Source of the DNA: Auanema rhodensis
Taxonomy: Eukaryota; Animalia; Nematoda
Reading direction: 5' to 3'
NCBI GenBank assembly: GCA_964057225.1
Contig: OZ059894.1
Span: 21,638,001-21,702,000 of the forward strand
Length of the DNA stretch: 64,000 nt
This document shows positions 1 through 13,200 of the stretch, piece after piece (positions within the stretch are counted from its first letter, which is position 1; each line of letters opens with the position of its first letter). The notes below the pieces were generated by a model that had not been told where the DNA came from, searched no databases, and worked only from the letters and a program-made list of their open reading frames with translations. A program made the position numbers and the translations under genes.

Positions 1-351
1 TTTTGTCAAAATGTTTTTGGAAGCAATGTTGAGTGTACATGGAAACTCAACATACACTAATGCATCATTTTTCAAACGATCATAACTAATTTTTGTATTA
101 AGCGTTTCTCAATGTAGTATAGTGCATTCGATGCGGATTTTTAAGCTGCGTCGATCTGTGTTATCAGATTTGCGCTAGCTTAAAAATGCACCGAGATATC
201 AACTGATATAAGTTTACACTTATATCCTCGATTTTCACCCTGAAGAATTAATTTTTTCGTTGAATAACATTGTCCATCGTCTTTGCCTTGAAAAATGGAA
301 TCTAAAAACATCTACTTTTTGCTAAATTATTTTGAAATTTTTCGAAAAAAT
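1..351 (+). repeat. Representative monomer with internal dyad symmetries
   Basis: Dyads: ATGTTGAGT(26-34)/ACTCAACAT(45-53); ATTTTTAAGCT(137-147)/AGCTTAAAAAT(177-187) enclosing ATCTG/CAGAT; GATATAAGT(205-213)/ACTTATATC(218-226); palindrome TTTTTCGAAAAA(338-349); AAAAACAT(304-311)/ATGTTTTT(362-369). Confidence 0.95.
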
Positions 352-3300
352 TTTTGTCAAAATGTTTTTGGAAGCAATGTTGAGTGTACATGGAAACTCA
401 ACATACACTAATGCATCATTTTTCAAACGATCATAACTAATTTTTTTATAAAGCGTTTCTCAATGTAGTATAGTGCATTCGATGCGGATTTTTAAGCTGC
501 GTCGATCTGTGTTATCAAATTTGCGCTAGCTTAAAAATGCACCGAGATATCAACTGATATAAGTTCACACTTATATCCTCGATTTTCACCCTGAAGAATT
601 AATTTTTTCGTTGAATAACATTGTCCATCGTCTTTGCCTTAAAAAAAGGAATCTAAAAACATCTACTTTTTGCTAAATTATTTTGAAATTTTTCGAAAAA
701 ATTTTTGTCAAAATGTTTTTGGAAGCAATGTTGAGTGTACATGGAAACTCAACATACACTAATGCATCATTTTTCAAACGATCATAACTAATTTTTGTAT
801 CAAGCGTTTCTTGATGTAGTATAGTGCATTCGATGCGGATTTTTAAGCTGCGTCGATCTGTGTTATCAGATTTGCGCTAGCTTAAAAATGCACCGAGATA
901 TCAACTGATATAAGTTCACACTTATATCCTCGATTTTCACCCTGAAGAATTAATTTTTTCGTTGAATAACATTGTCTATCGTCTTTGCCTTGCAAAATGG
1001 AATCTAAAAACATCTACTTTTTGCTAAATTATTTTGAAATTTTTCGAAAAAATTTTTGTCAAAATGTTTTTGGAAGCAATGTTGAGTGTACATGGAAACT
1101 CAACATACACTAATGCATCATTTTTCAAACGATCATAACTAATTTTTGTATTAAGCGTTTCTCAATGTAGTATAGTGCATTCGATGCGGATTTTTAAGCT
1201 GCGTCGATCTGTGTTATCAGATTTGCGCTAGCTTAAAAATGCACCGAGATATCAACTGATATAAGTTTACACTTATATCCTCGATTTTCACCCTGAAGAA
1301 TTAATTTTTTCGTTGAATAACATTGTCCATCGTCTTTGCCTTGAAAAATGGAATCTAAAAACATCTACTTTTTGCTAAATTATTTTGAAATTTTTCGAAA
1401 AAATTTTTGTCAAAATGTTTTTGGAAGCAATGTTGAGTGTACATGGAAACTCAACATACACTAATGCATCATTTTTCAAACGATCATAACTAATTTTTGT
1501 ATCAAGCGTTTCTTGATGTAGTATAGTGCATTCGATGCGGATTTTTAAGCTGCGTCGATCTGTGTTATCAGATTTGCGCTAGCTTAAAAATGCACCGAGA
1601 TATCAACTGATATAAGTTCACACTTATATCCTCGATTTTCACCCTGAAGAATTAATTTTTTCGTTGAATAACATTGTCCATCGTCTTTGCCTTAAAAAAA
1701 GGAATCTAAAAACATCTACTTTTTGCTAAATTATTTTGAAATTTTTCGAAAAAATTTTTGTCAAAATGTTTTTGGAAGCAATGTTGAGTGTACATGGAAA
1801 CTCAACATACACTAATGCATCATTTTTCAAACGAACATAACTAATTTTTTTATAAAGCGTTTCTCAATGTAGTATAGTGCATTCGATGCGGATTTTTAAG
1901 CTGCGTCGATCTGTGTTATCAAATTTGCGCTAGCTTAAAAATGCACCGAGATATCAACTGATATAAGTTCACACTTATATCCTCGATTTTCACCCTGAAG
2001 AATTAATTTTTTCGTTGAATAACATTGTCCATCGTCTTTGCCTTAAAAACAGGAATCTAAAAACATCTACTTTTTGCTAAATTATTTTGAAATTTTTCGA
2101 AAAAATTTTTGTCAAAATGTTTTTGGAAGCAATGTTGAGTGTACATGGAAACTCAACATACACTAATGCATCATTTTTCAAACGATCATAACTAATTTTT
2201 GTATCAAGCGTTTCTTGATGTAGTATAGTGCATTCGATGCGGATTTTTAAGCTGCGTCGATCTGTGTTATCAGATTTGCGCTAGCTTAAAAATGCACCGA
2301 GATATCAACTGATATAAGTTTACACTTATATCCTCGATTTTCACCCTGAAGAATTAATTTTTTCGTTGAATAACATTGTCCATCGTCTTTGCCTTAAAAA
2401 AAGGAATCTAAAAACATCTACTTTTTGCTAAATTATTTTGAAATTTTTCGAAAAAATTTTTGTCAAAATGTTTTTGGAAGCAATGTTGAGTGTACATGGA
2501 AACTCAACATACACTAATGCATCATTTTTCAAACGATCATAACTAATTTTTGTATCAAGCGTTTCTTGATGTAGTATAGTGCATTCGATGCGGATTTTTA
2601 AGCTGCGTCGATCTGTGTTATCAGATTTGCGCTAGCTTAAAAATGCACCGAGATATCAACTGATATAAGTTCACACTTATATCCTCGATTTTCACCCTGA
2701 AGAATTAATTTTTTCGTTGAATAACATTGTCTATCGTCTTTGCCTTGAAAAATGGAATCTAAAAACATCTACTTTTTGCTAAATTATTTTGAAATTTTTC
2801 GAAAAAATTTTTGTCAAAATGTTTTTGGAAGCAATGTTGAGTGTACATGGAAACTCAACATACACTAATGCATCATTTTTCAAACGATCATAACTAATTT
2901 TTGTATTAAGCGTTTCTCAATGTAGTATAGTGCATTCGATGCGGATTTTTAAGCTGCGTCGATCTGTGTTATCAGATTTGCGCTAGCTTAAAAATGCACC
3001 GAGATATCAACTGATATAAGTTTACACTTATATCCTCGATTTTCACCCTGAAGAATTAATTTTTTCGTTGAATAACATTGTCCATCGTCTTTGCCTTGAA
3101 AAATGGAATCTAAAAACATCTACTTTTTGCTAAATTATTTTGAAATTTTTCGAAAAAATTTTTGTCAAAATGTTTTTGGAAGCAATGTTGAGTGTACATG
3201 GAAACTCAACATACACTAATGCATCATTTTTCAAACGATCATAACTAATTTTTGTATCAAGCGTTTCTTGATGTAGTATAGTGCATTCGATGCGGATTTT

Positions 3301-4212
3301 TAAGCTGCGTCGATCTGTGTTATCAGATTTGCGCTAGCTTAAAAATGCACCGAGATATCAACTGATATAAGTTCACACTTATATCCTCGATTTTCACCCT
3401 GAAGAATTAATTTTTTCGTTGAATAACATTGTCCATCGTCTTTGCCTTAAAAAAAGGAATCTAAAAACATCTACTTTTTGCTAAATTATTTTGAAATTTT
3501 TCGAAAAAATTTTTGTCAAAATGTTTTTGGAAGCAATGTTGAGTGTACATGGAAACTCAACATACACTAATGCATCATTTTTCAAACAAACATAACTAAT
3601 TTTTTTATAAAGCGTTTCTCAATGTAGTATAGTGCATTCGATGCGGATTTTTAAGCTGCGTCGATCTGTGTTATCAAATTTGCGCTAGCTTAAAAATGCA
3701 CCGAGATATCAACTGATATAAGTTCACACTTATATCCTCGATTTTCACCCTGAAGAATTAATTTTTTCGTTGAATAACATTGTCCATCGTCTTTGCCTTA
3801 AAAACAGGAATCTAAAAACATTTACTTTTTGCTAAATTATTTTGAAATTTTTCGAAAAAATTTTTGTCAAAATGTTTTTGGAAGCAATGTTGAGTGTACA
3901 TGGAAACTCAACATACACTAATGCATCATTTTTCAAACGATCATAACTAATTTTTGTATCAAGCGTTTCTTGATGTAGTATAGTGCATTCGATGCGGATT
4001 TTTAAGCTGCGTCGATCTGTGTTATCAGATTTGCGCTAGCTTAAAAATGCACCGAGATATCAACTGATATAAGTTCACACTTATATCCTCGATTTTCACC
4101 CTGAAGAATTAATTTTTTCGTTGAATAACATTGTCTATCGTCTTTGCCTTGAAAAATGGAATCTAAAAACATCTACTTTTTGCTAAATTATTTTGAAATT
4201 TTTCGAAAAAAC

Positions 4213-7200
4213 TTTTGTCAAAATGTTTTTGGAAGCAATGTTGAGTGTACATGGAAACTCAACATACACTAATGCATCATTTTTCAAACGAACATAACTA
4301 ATTTTTTTATCAAGCGTTTCTCAATGTAGTATAGTGCATTCGATGCGGATTTTTAAGCTGCGTCGATCTGTGTTATCAAATTTGCGCTAGCTTAAAAATG
4401 CACCGAGATATCAACTGATATAAGTTCACACTTATATCCTCGATTTTCACCCTGAAGAATTAATTTTTTCGTTGAATAACATTGTCCATCGTCTTTGCCT
4501 TAAAAACAGGAATCTAAAAACATCTACTTTTTGCTAAATTATTTTGAAATTTTTCGAAAAAATTTTTGTCAAAATGTTTTTGGAAGCAATGTTGAGTGTA
4601 CATGGAAACTCAACATACACTAATGCATCATTTTTCAAACGATCATAACTAATTTGTGTATTAAGCGTTTCTTGATGTAGTATAGTGCATTCGATGCAGA
4701 TTTTTAAGCTGCGTCGATCTGTGTTATCAGATTTGCGCTAGCTTGAAAATGCACCGAGATATCAACTGATATAAGTTCACACTTATATCCTCGATTTTCA
4801 CCCTGAAGAATTAATTTTTTCGTTGAATAACATTGTCCATCGTCTTTGCCTTGAAAAAAAAAATCTAAAAACATCTACTTTTTGCTAAATTATTTTGAAA
4901 TTTTTCGAAAAAATTTTTGTCAAAATGTTTTTGGAAGCAATGTTGAGTGTACATGGAAACTCAACATACACTAATGCATCATTTTTCAAACGATCATAAC
5001 TAATTTGTGTATTAAGCGTTTCTCAATGTAGTATAGTGCATTCGATGCGGATTTTTAAGCTGCGTCGATCTGTGTTATCAGATTTGCGCTAGCTTAAAAA
5101 TGCACCGAGATATCAACTGATATAAGTTCACACTTATATCCTCGATTTTCACCCTGAAGAATTAATTTTTTCGTTGAATAACATTGTCCATCGTCTTTGC
5201 CTTAAAAAAAGGAATCTAAAAACATCTACTTTTTGCTAAATTATTTTGAAATTTTTCGAAAAAATTTTTGTCAAAATGTTTTTGGAAGCAATGTTGAGTG
5301 TACATGGAAACTCAACATACACTAATGCATCATTTTTCAAACGATCATAACTAATTTTTGTATCAAACGTTTCTCAATGTAGTATAGTGCATTCGATGCG
5401 GATTTTTAAGCTGCGTCGATCTGTGTTATCAGATGTGCGCTAGCTTAAAAATGCACCGAGATATCAACTGATATAAGTTTACACTTATATCCTCGATTTT
5501 CACCCTGAAGAATTAATTTTTTCGTTGAATAACATTGTCCATCGTCTTTGCCTTGAAAAAAGAAATCTAAAAACATCTACTTTTTGCTAAATTATTTTGA
5601 AATTTTTCGAAAAAATTTTTGTCAAAATGTTTTTGGAAGCAATGTTGAGTGTACATGGAAACTCAACATACACTAATGCATCATTTTTCAAACGATCATA
5701 ACTAATTTTTGTATTAAGCGTTTCTCAATGTAGTATAGTGCATTCGATGCGGATTTTTAAGCTGCGTCGATCTGTGTTATCAGATTTGCGCTAGCTTAAA
5801 AATGCACCGAGATATCAACTGATATAAGTTTACACTTATATCCTCGATTTTCACCCTGAAGAATTAATTTTTTCGTTGAAAAACATTGTCCATCGTCTTT
5901 GCCTTAAAAAAAGGAATCTAAAAACATCTACTTTTTGCTAAATTATTTTGAAATTTTTCGAAAAAATTTTTGTCAAAATGTTTTTGGAAGCAATGTTGAG
6001 TGTACATGGAAACTCAACATACACTAATGCATCATTTTTCAAACGAACATAACTAATTTTTTTATCAAGCGTTTCTCAATGTAGTATAGTGCATTCGATG
6101 CGGATTTTTAAGCTGCGTCGATCTGTGTTATCAAATTTGCGCTAGCTTAAAAATGCACCGAGATATCAACTGATATAAGTTCACACTTATATCCTCGATT
6201 TTCACCCTGAAGAATTAATTTTTTCGTTGAATAACATTGTCCATCGTCTTTGCCTTAAAAACAGGAATCTAAAAACATCTACTTTTTGCTAAATTATTTT
6301 GAAATTTTTCGAAAAAATTTTTGTCAAAATGTTTTTGGAAGCAATGTTGAGTGTACATGGAAACTCAACATACACTAATGCATCATTTTTCAAACGATCA
6401 TAACTAATTTGTGTATTAAGCGTTTCTTGATGTAGTATAGTGCATTCGATGCGGATTTTTAAGCTGCGTCGATCTGTGTTATCAGATTTGCGCTAGCTTA
6501 AAAATGCACCGAGATATCAACTGATATAAGTTCACACTTATATCCTCGATTTTCACCCTGAAGAATTAATTTTTTCGTTGAATAACATTGTCCATCGTCT
6601 TTGCCTTGAAAAAAAAAATCTAAAAACATCTACTTTTTGCTAAATTATTTTGAAATTTTTCGAAAAAATTTTTGTCAAAATGTTTTTGGAAGCAATGTTG
6701 AGTGTACATGGAAACTCAACATACACTAATGCATCATTTTTCAAACGAACATAACTAATTTTTTTATCAAGCGTTTCTCAATGTAGTATAGTGCATTCGA
6801 TGCGGATTTTTAAGCTGCGTCGATCTGTGTTATCAAATTTGCGCTAGCTTAAAAATGCACCGAGATATCAACTGATATAAGTTCACACTTATATCCTCGA
6901 TTTTCACCCTGAAGAATTAATTTTTTCGTTGAAAAACATTGTCCATCGTCTTTGCCTTAAAAAAAGGAATCTAAAAACATCTACTTTTTGCTAAATTATT
7001 TTGAAATTTTTCGAAAAAATTTTTGTCAAAATGTTTTTGGAAGCAATGTTGAGTGTACATGGAAACTCAACATACACTAATGCATCATTTTTCAAACGAA
7101 CATAACTAATTTTTTTATCAAGCGTTTCTCAATGTAGTATAGTGCATTCGATGCGGATTTTTAAGCTGCGTCGATCTGTGTTATCAAATTTGCGCTAGCT

Positions 7201-10200
7201 TAAAAATGCACCGAGATATCAACTGATATAAGTTCACACTTATATCCTCGATTTTCACCCTGAAGAATTAATTTTTTCGTTGAATAACATTGTCCATCGT
7301 CTTTGCCTTAAAAACAGGAATCTAAAAACATCTACTTTTTGCTAAATTATTTTGAAATTTTTCGAAAAAATTTTTGTCAAAATGTTTTTGGAAGCAATGT
7401 TGAGTGTACATGGAAACTCAACATACACTAATGCATCATTTTTCAAACGATCATAACTAATTTGTGTATTAAGCGTTTCTTGATGTAGTATAGTGCATTC
7501 GATGCGGATTTTTAAGCTGCGTCGATCTGTGTTATCAGATTTGCGCTAGCTTAAAAATGCACCGAGATATCAACTGATATAAGTTCACACTTATATCCTC
7601 GATTTTCACCCTGAAGAATTAATTTTTTCGTTGAATAACATTGTCCATCGTCTTTGCCTTGAAAAAAAAAATCTAAAAACATCTACTTTTTGCTAAATTA
7701 TTTTGAAATTTTTCGAAAAAATTTTTGTCAAAATGTTTTTGGAAGCAATGTTGAGTGTACATGGAAACTCAACATACACTAATGCATCATTTTTCAAACG
7801 ATCATAACTAATTTGTGTATTAAGCGTTTCTCAATGTAGTATAGTGCATTCGATGCGGATTTTTAAGCTGCGTCGATCTGTGTTATCAGATTTGCGCTAG
7901 CTTAAAAATGCACCGAGATATCAACTGATATAAGTTCACACTTATATCCTCGATTTTCACCCTGAAGAATTAATTTTTTCGTTGAATAACATTGTCCATC
8001 GTCTTTGCCTTAAAAAAAGGAATCTAAAAACATCTACTTTTTGCTAAATTATTTTGAAATTTTTCGAAAAAATTTTTGTCAAAATGTTTTTGGAAGCAAT
8101 GTTGAGTGTACATGGAAACTCAACATACACTAATGCATCATTTTTCAAACGATCATAACTAATTTTTGTATCAAACGTTTCTCAATGTAGTATAGTGCAT
8201 TCGATGCGGATTTTTAAGCTGCGTCGATCTGTGTTATCAGATTTGCGCTAGCTTAAAAATGCACCGAGATATCAACTGATATAAGTTCACACTTATATCC
8301 TCGATTTTCACCCTGAAGAATTAATTTTTTCGTTGAATAACATTGTCCATCGTCTTTGCCTTAAAAAAAGGAATCTAAAAACATCTACTTTTTGCTAAAT
8401 TATTTTGAAATTTTTCGAAAAAATTTTTGTCAAAATGTTTTTGGAAGCAATGTTGAGTGTACATGGAAACTCAACATACACTAATGCATCATTTTTCAAA
8501 CGATCATAACTAATTTGTGTATTAAGCGTTTCTCAATGTAGTATAGTGCATTCGATGCGGATTTTTAAGCTGCGTCGATCTGTGTTATCAGATTTGCGCT
8601 AGCTTAAAAATGCACCGAGATATCAACTGATATAAGTTTACACTTATATCCTCGATTTTCACCCTGAAGAATTAATTTTTTCGTTGAATAACATTGTCCA
8701 TCGTCTTTGCCTTGAAAAAAGAAATCTAAAAACATCTACTTTTTGCTAAATTATTTTGAAATTTTTCGAAAAAATTTTTGTCAAAATGTTTTTGGAAGCA
8801 ATGTTGAGTGTACATGGAAACTCAACATACACTAATGCATCATTTTTCAAACGATCATAACTAATTTTTGTATTAAGCGTTTCTCAATGTAGTATAGTGC
8901 ATTCGATGCGGATTTTTAAGCTGCGTCGATCTGTGTTATCAGATTTGCGCTAGCTTAAAAATGCACCGAGATATCAACTGATATAAGTTTACACTTATAT
9001 CCTCGATTTTCACCCTGAAGAATTAATTTTTTCGTTGAAAAACATTGTCCATCGTCTTTGCCTTAAAAAAAGGAATCTAAAAACATCTACTTTTTGCTAA
9101 ATTATTTTGAAATTTTTCGAAAAAATTTTTGTCAAAATGTTTTTGGAAGCAATGTTGAGTGTACATGGAAACTCAACATACACTAATGCATCATTTTTCA
9201 AACGAACATAACTAATTTTTTTATCAAGCGTTTCTCAATGTAGTATAGTGCATTCGATGCGGATTTTTAAGCTGCGTCGATCTGTGTTATCAAATTTGCG
9301 CTAGCTTAAAAATGCACCGAGATATCAACTGATATAAGTTCACACTTATATCCTCGATTTTCACCCTGAAGAATTAATTTTTTCGTTGAATAACATTGTC
9401 CATCGTCTTTGCCTTAAAAACAGGAATCTAAAAACATCTACTTTTTGCTAAATTATTTTGAAATTTTTCGAAAAAATTTTTGTCAAAATGTTTTTGGAAG
9501 CAATGTTGAGTGTACATGGAAACTCAACATACACTAATGCATCATTTTTCAAACGATCATAACTAATTTGTGTATTAAGCGTTTCTTGATGTAGTATAGT
9601 GCATTCGATGCGGATTTTTAAGCTGCGTCGATCTGTGTTATCAGATTTGCGCTAGCTTAAAAATGCACCGAGATATCAACTGATATAAGTTCACACTTAT
9701 ATCCTCGATTTTCACCCTGAAGAATTAATTTTTTCGTTGAATAACATTGTCCATCGTCTTTGCCTTGGAAAAAGGAATCTAAAAACATCTACTTTTTGCT
9801 GAATTATTCTGAAATTTTTCGAAAAAATTTTTGTCAAAATGTTTTTGGAAGCAATGTTGAGTGTACATGGAAACTCAACATACACTAATGCATCATTTTT
9901 CAAACGATCATAACTAATTTTTGTATTAAGCGTTTCTCAATGTAGTATAGTGCATTCGATGCGGATTTTTAAGCTGCGTCGATCTCTGTTATCAGATTTG
10001 CGCTAGCTTAAAAATGCACCGAGATATCAACTGATATAAGTTCACACTTATATCCTCGATTTTCACCCTGAAGAATTAATTTTTTCGTTGAATAACATTG
10101 TCCATCGTCTTTGCCTTGAAAAAAAAAATCTAAAAACATCTACTTTTTGCTAAATTATTTTGAAATTTTTCGAAAAAATTTTTGTCAAAATGTTTTTGGA

Positions 10201-13200
10201 AGCAATGTTGAGTGTACATGGAAACTCAACATACACTAATGCATCATTTTTCAAACGATCATAACTAATTTGTGTATTAAGCGTTTCTTGATGTAGTATA
10301 GTGCATTCGATGCAGATTTTTAAGCTGCGTCGATCTGTGTTATCAGATTTGCGCTAGCTTAAAAATGCACCGAGATATCAACTGATATAAGTTCACACTT
10401 ATATCCTCGATTTTCACCCTGAAGAATTAATTTTTTCGTTGAATAACATTGTCCATCGTCTTTGCCTTGAAAAAAAAAATCTAAAAACATCTACTTTTTG
10501 CTAAATTATTTTGAAATTTTTCGAAAAAATTTTTGTCAAAATGTTTTTGGAAGCAATGTTGAGTGTACATGGAAACTCAACATACACTAATGCATCATTT
10601 TTCAAACGATCATAACTAATTTGTGTATTAAGCGTTTCTCAATGTAGTATAGTGCATTCGATGCGGATTTTTAAGCTGCGTCGATCTGTGTTATCAGATT
10701 TGCGCTAGCTTAAAAATGCACCGAGATATCAACTGATATAAGTTCACACTTATATCCTCGATTTTCACCCTGAAGAATTAATTTTTTCGTTGAATAACAT
10801 TGTCCATCGTCTTTGCCTTAAAAAAAGGAATCTAAAAACATCTACTTTTTGCTAAATTATTTTGAAATTTTTCGAAAAAATTTTTGTCAAAATGTTTTTG
10901 GAAGCAATGTTGAGTGTACATGGAAACTCAACATACACTAATGCATCATTTTTCAAACGATCATAACTAATTTTTGTATCAAACGTTTCTCAATGTAGTA
11001 TAGTGCATTCGATGCGGATTTTTAAGCTGCGTCGATCTGTGTTATCAGATGTGCGCTAGCTTAAAAATGCACCGAGATATCAACTGATATAAGTTTACAC
11101 TTATATCCTCGATTTTCACCCTGAAGAATTAATTTTTTCGTTGAATAACATTGTCCATCGTCTTTGCCTTGAAAAAAGAAATCTAAAAACATCTACTTTT
11201 TGCTAAATTATTTTGAAATTTTTCGAAAAAATTTTTGTCAAAATGTTTTTGGAAGCAATGTTGAGTGTACATGGAAACTCAACATACACTAATGCATCAT
11301 TTTTCAAACGATCATAACTAATTTTTGTATCAAACGTTTCTCAATGTAGTATAGTGCATTCGATGCGGATTTTTAAGCTGCGTCGATCTGTGTTATCAGA
11401 TGTGCGCTAGCTTAAAAATGCACCGAGATATCAACTGATATAAGTTTACACTTATATCCTCGATTTTCACCCTGAAGAATTAATTTTTTCGTTGAATAAC
11501 ATTGTCCATCGTCTTTGCCTTGAAAAAAGAAATCTAAAAACATCTACTTTTTGCTAAATTATTTTGAAATTTTTCGAAAAAATTTTTGTCAAAATGTTTT
11601 TGGAAGCAATGTTGAGTGTACATGGAAACTCAACATACACTAATGCATCATTTTTCAAACGATCATAACTAATTTTTGTATTAAGCGTTTCTCAATGTAG
11701 TATAGTGCATTCGATGCGGATTTTTAAGCTGCGTCGATCTGTGTTATCAGATTTGCGCTAGCTTAAAAATGCACCGAGATATCAACTGATATAAGTTTAC
11801 ACTTATATCCTCGATTTTCACCCTGAAGAATTAATTTTTTCGTTGAAAAACATTGTCCATCGTCTTTGCCTTAAAAAAAGGAATCTAAAAACATCTACTT
11901 TTTGCTAAATTATTTTGAAATTTTTCGAAAAAATTTTTGTCAAAATGTTTTTGGAAGCAATGTTGAGTGTACATGGAAACTCAACATACACTAATGCATC
12001 ATTTTTCAAACGAACATAACTAATTTTTTTATCAAGCGTTTCTCAATGTAGTATAGTGCATTCGATGCGGATTTTTAAGCTGCGTCGATCTGTGTTATCA
12101 AATTTGCGCTAGCTTAAAAATGCACCGAGATATCAACTGATATAAGTTCACACTTATATCCTCGATTTTCACCCTGAAGAATTAATTTTTTCGTTGAATA
12201 ACATTGTCCATCGTCTTTGCCTTAAAAACAGGAATCTAAAAACATCTACTTTTTGCTAAATTATTTTGAAATTTTTCGAAAAAATTTTTGTCAAAATGTT
12301 TTTGGAAGCAATGTTGAGTGTACATGGAAACTCAACATACACTAATGCATCATTTTTCAAACGATCATAACTAATTTGTGTATTAAGCGTTTCTTGATGT
12401 AGTATAGTGCATTCGATGCGGATTTTTAAGCTGCGTCGATCTGTGTTATCAGATTTGCGCTAGCTTAAAAATGCACCGAGATATCAACTGATATAAGTTC
12501 ACACTTATATCCTCGATTTTCACCCTGAAGAATTAATTTTTTCGTTGAATAACATTGTCCATCGTCTTTGCCTTGAAAAAAAAAATCTAAAAACATCTAC
12601 TTTTTGCTAAATTATTTTGAAATTTTTCGAAAAAATTTTTGTCAAAATGTTTTTGGAAGCAATGTTGAGTGTACATGGAAACTCAACATACACTAATGCA
12701 TCATTTTTCAAACGATCATAACTAATTTGTGTATTAAGCGTTTCTCAATGTAGTATAGTGCATTCGATGCGGATTTTTAAGCTGCGTCGATCTGTGTTAT
12801 CAGATTTGCGCTAGCTTAAAAATGCACCGAGATATCAACTGATATAAGTTCACACTTATATCCTCGATTTTCACCCTGAAGAATTAATTTTTTCGTTGAA
12901 TAACATTGTCCATCGTCTTTGCCTTAAAAAAAGGAATCTAAAAACATCTACTTTTTGCTAAATTATTTTGAAATTTTTCGAAAAAATTTTTGTCAAAATG
13001 TTTTTGGAAGCAATGTTGAGTGTACATGGAAACTCAACATACACTAATGCATCATTTTTCAAACGATCATAACTAATTTTTGTATCAAACGTTTCTCAAT
13101 GTAGTATAGTGCATTCGATGCGGATTTTTAAGCTGCGTCGATCTGTGTTATCAGATGTGCGCTAGCTTAAAAATGCACCGAGATATCAACTGATATAAGT

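Noticed and set aside
1-351. 5S rRNA, tRNA, snRNA or spliced-leader tandem gene unit; MITE
   Set aside because: No recognisable conserved RNA motifs or Pol III A/B boxes, and no terminal inverted repeats with target-site duplications. A covariance-model search (Infernal/Rfam) would be needed to exclude these fully.
1-351. Assignment to a named satellite (Drosophila 1.688/359-bp family, tenebrionid ~350-360-bp satellites) or a CENP-B box
   Set aside because: Only length and AT content are similar. I cannot recognise sequence identity, and I saw no canonical CENP-B box.
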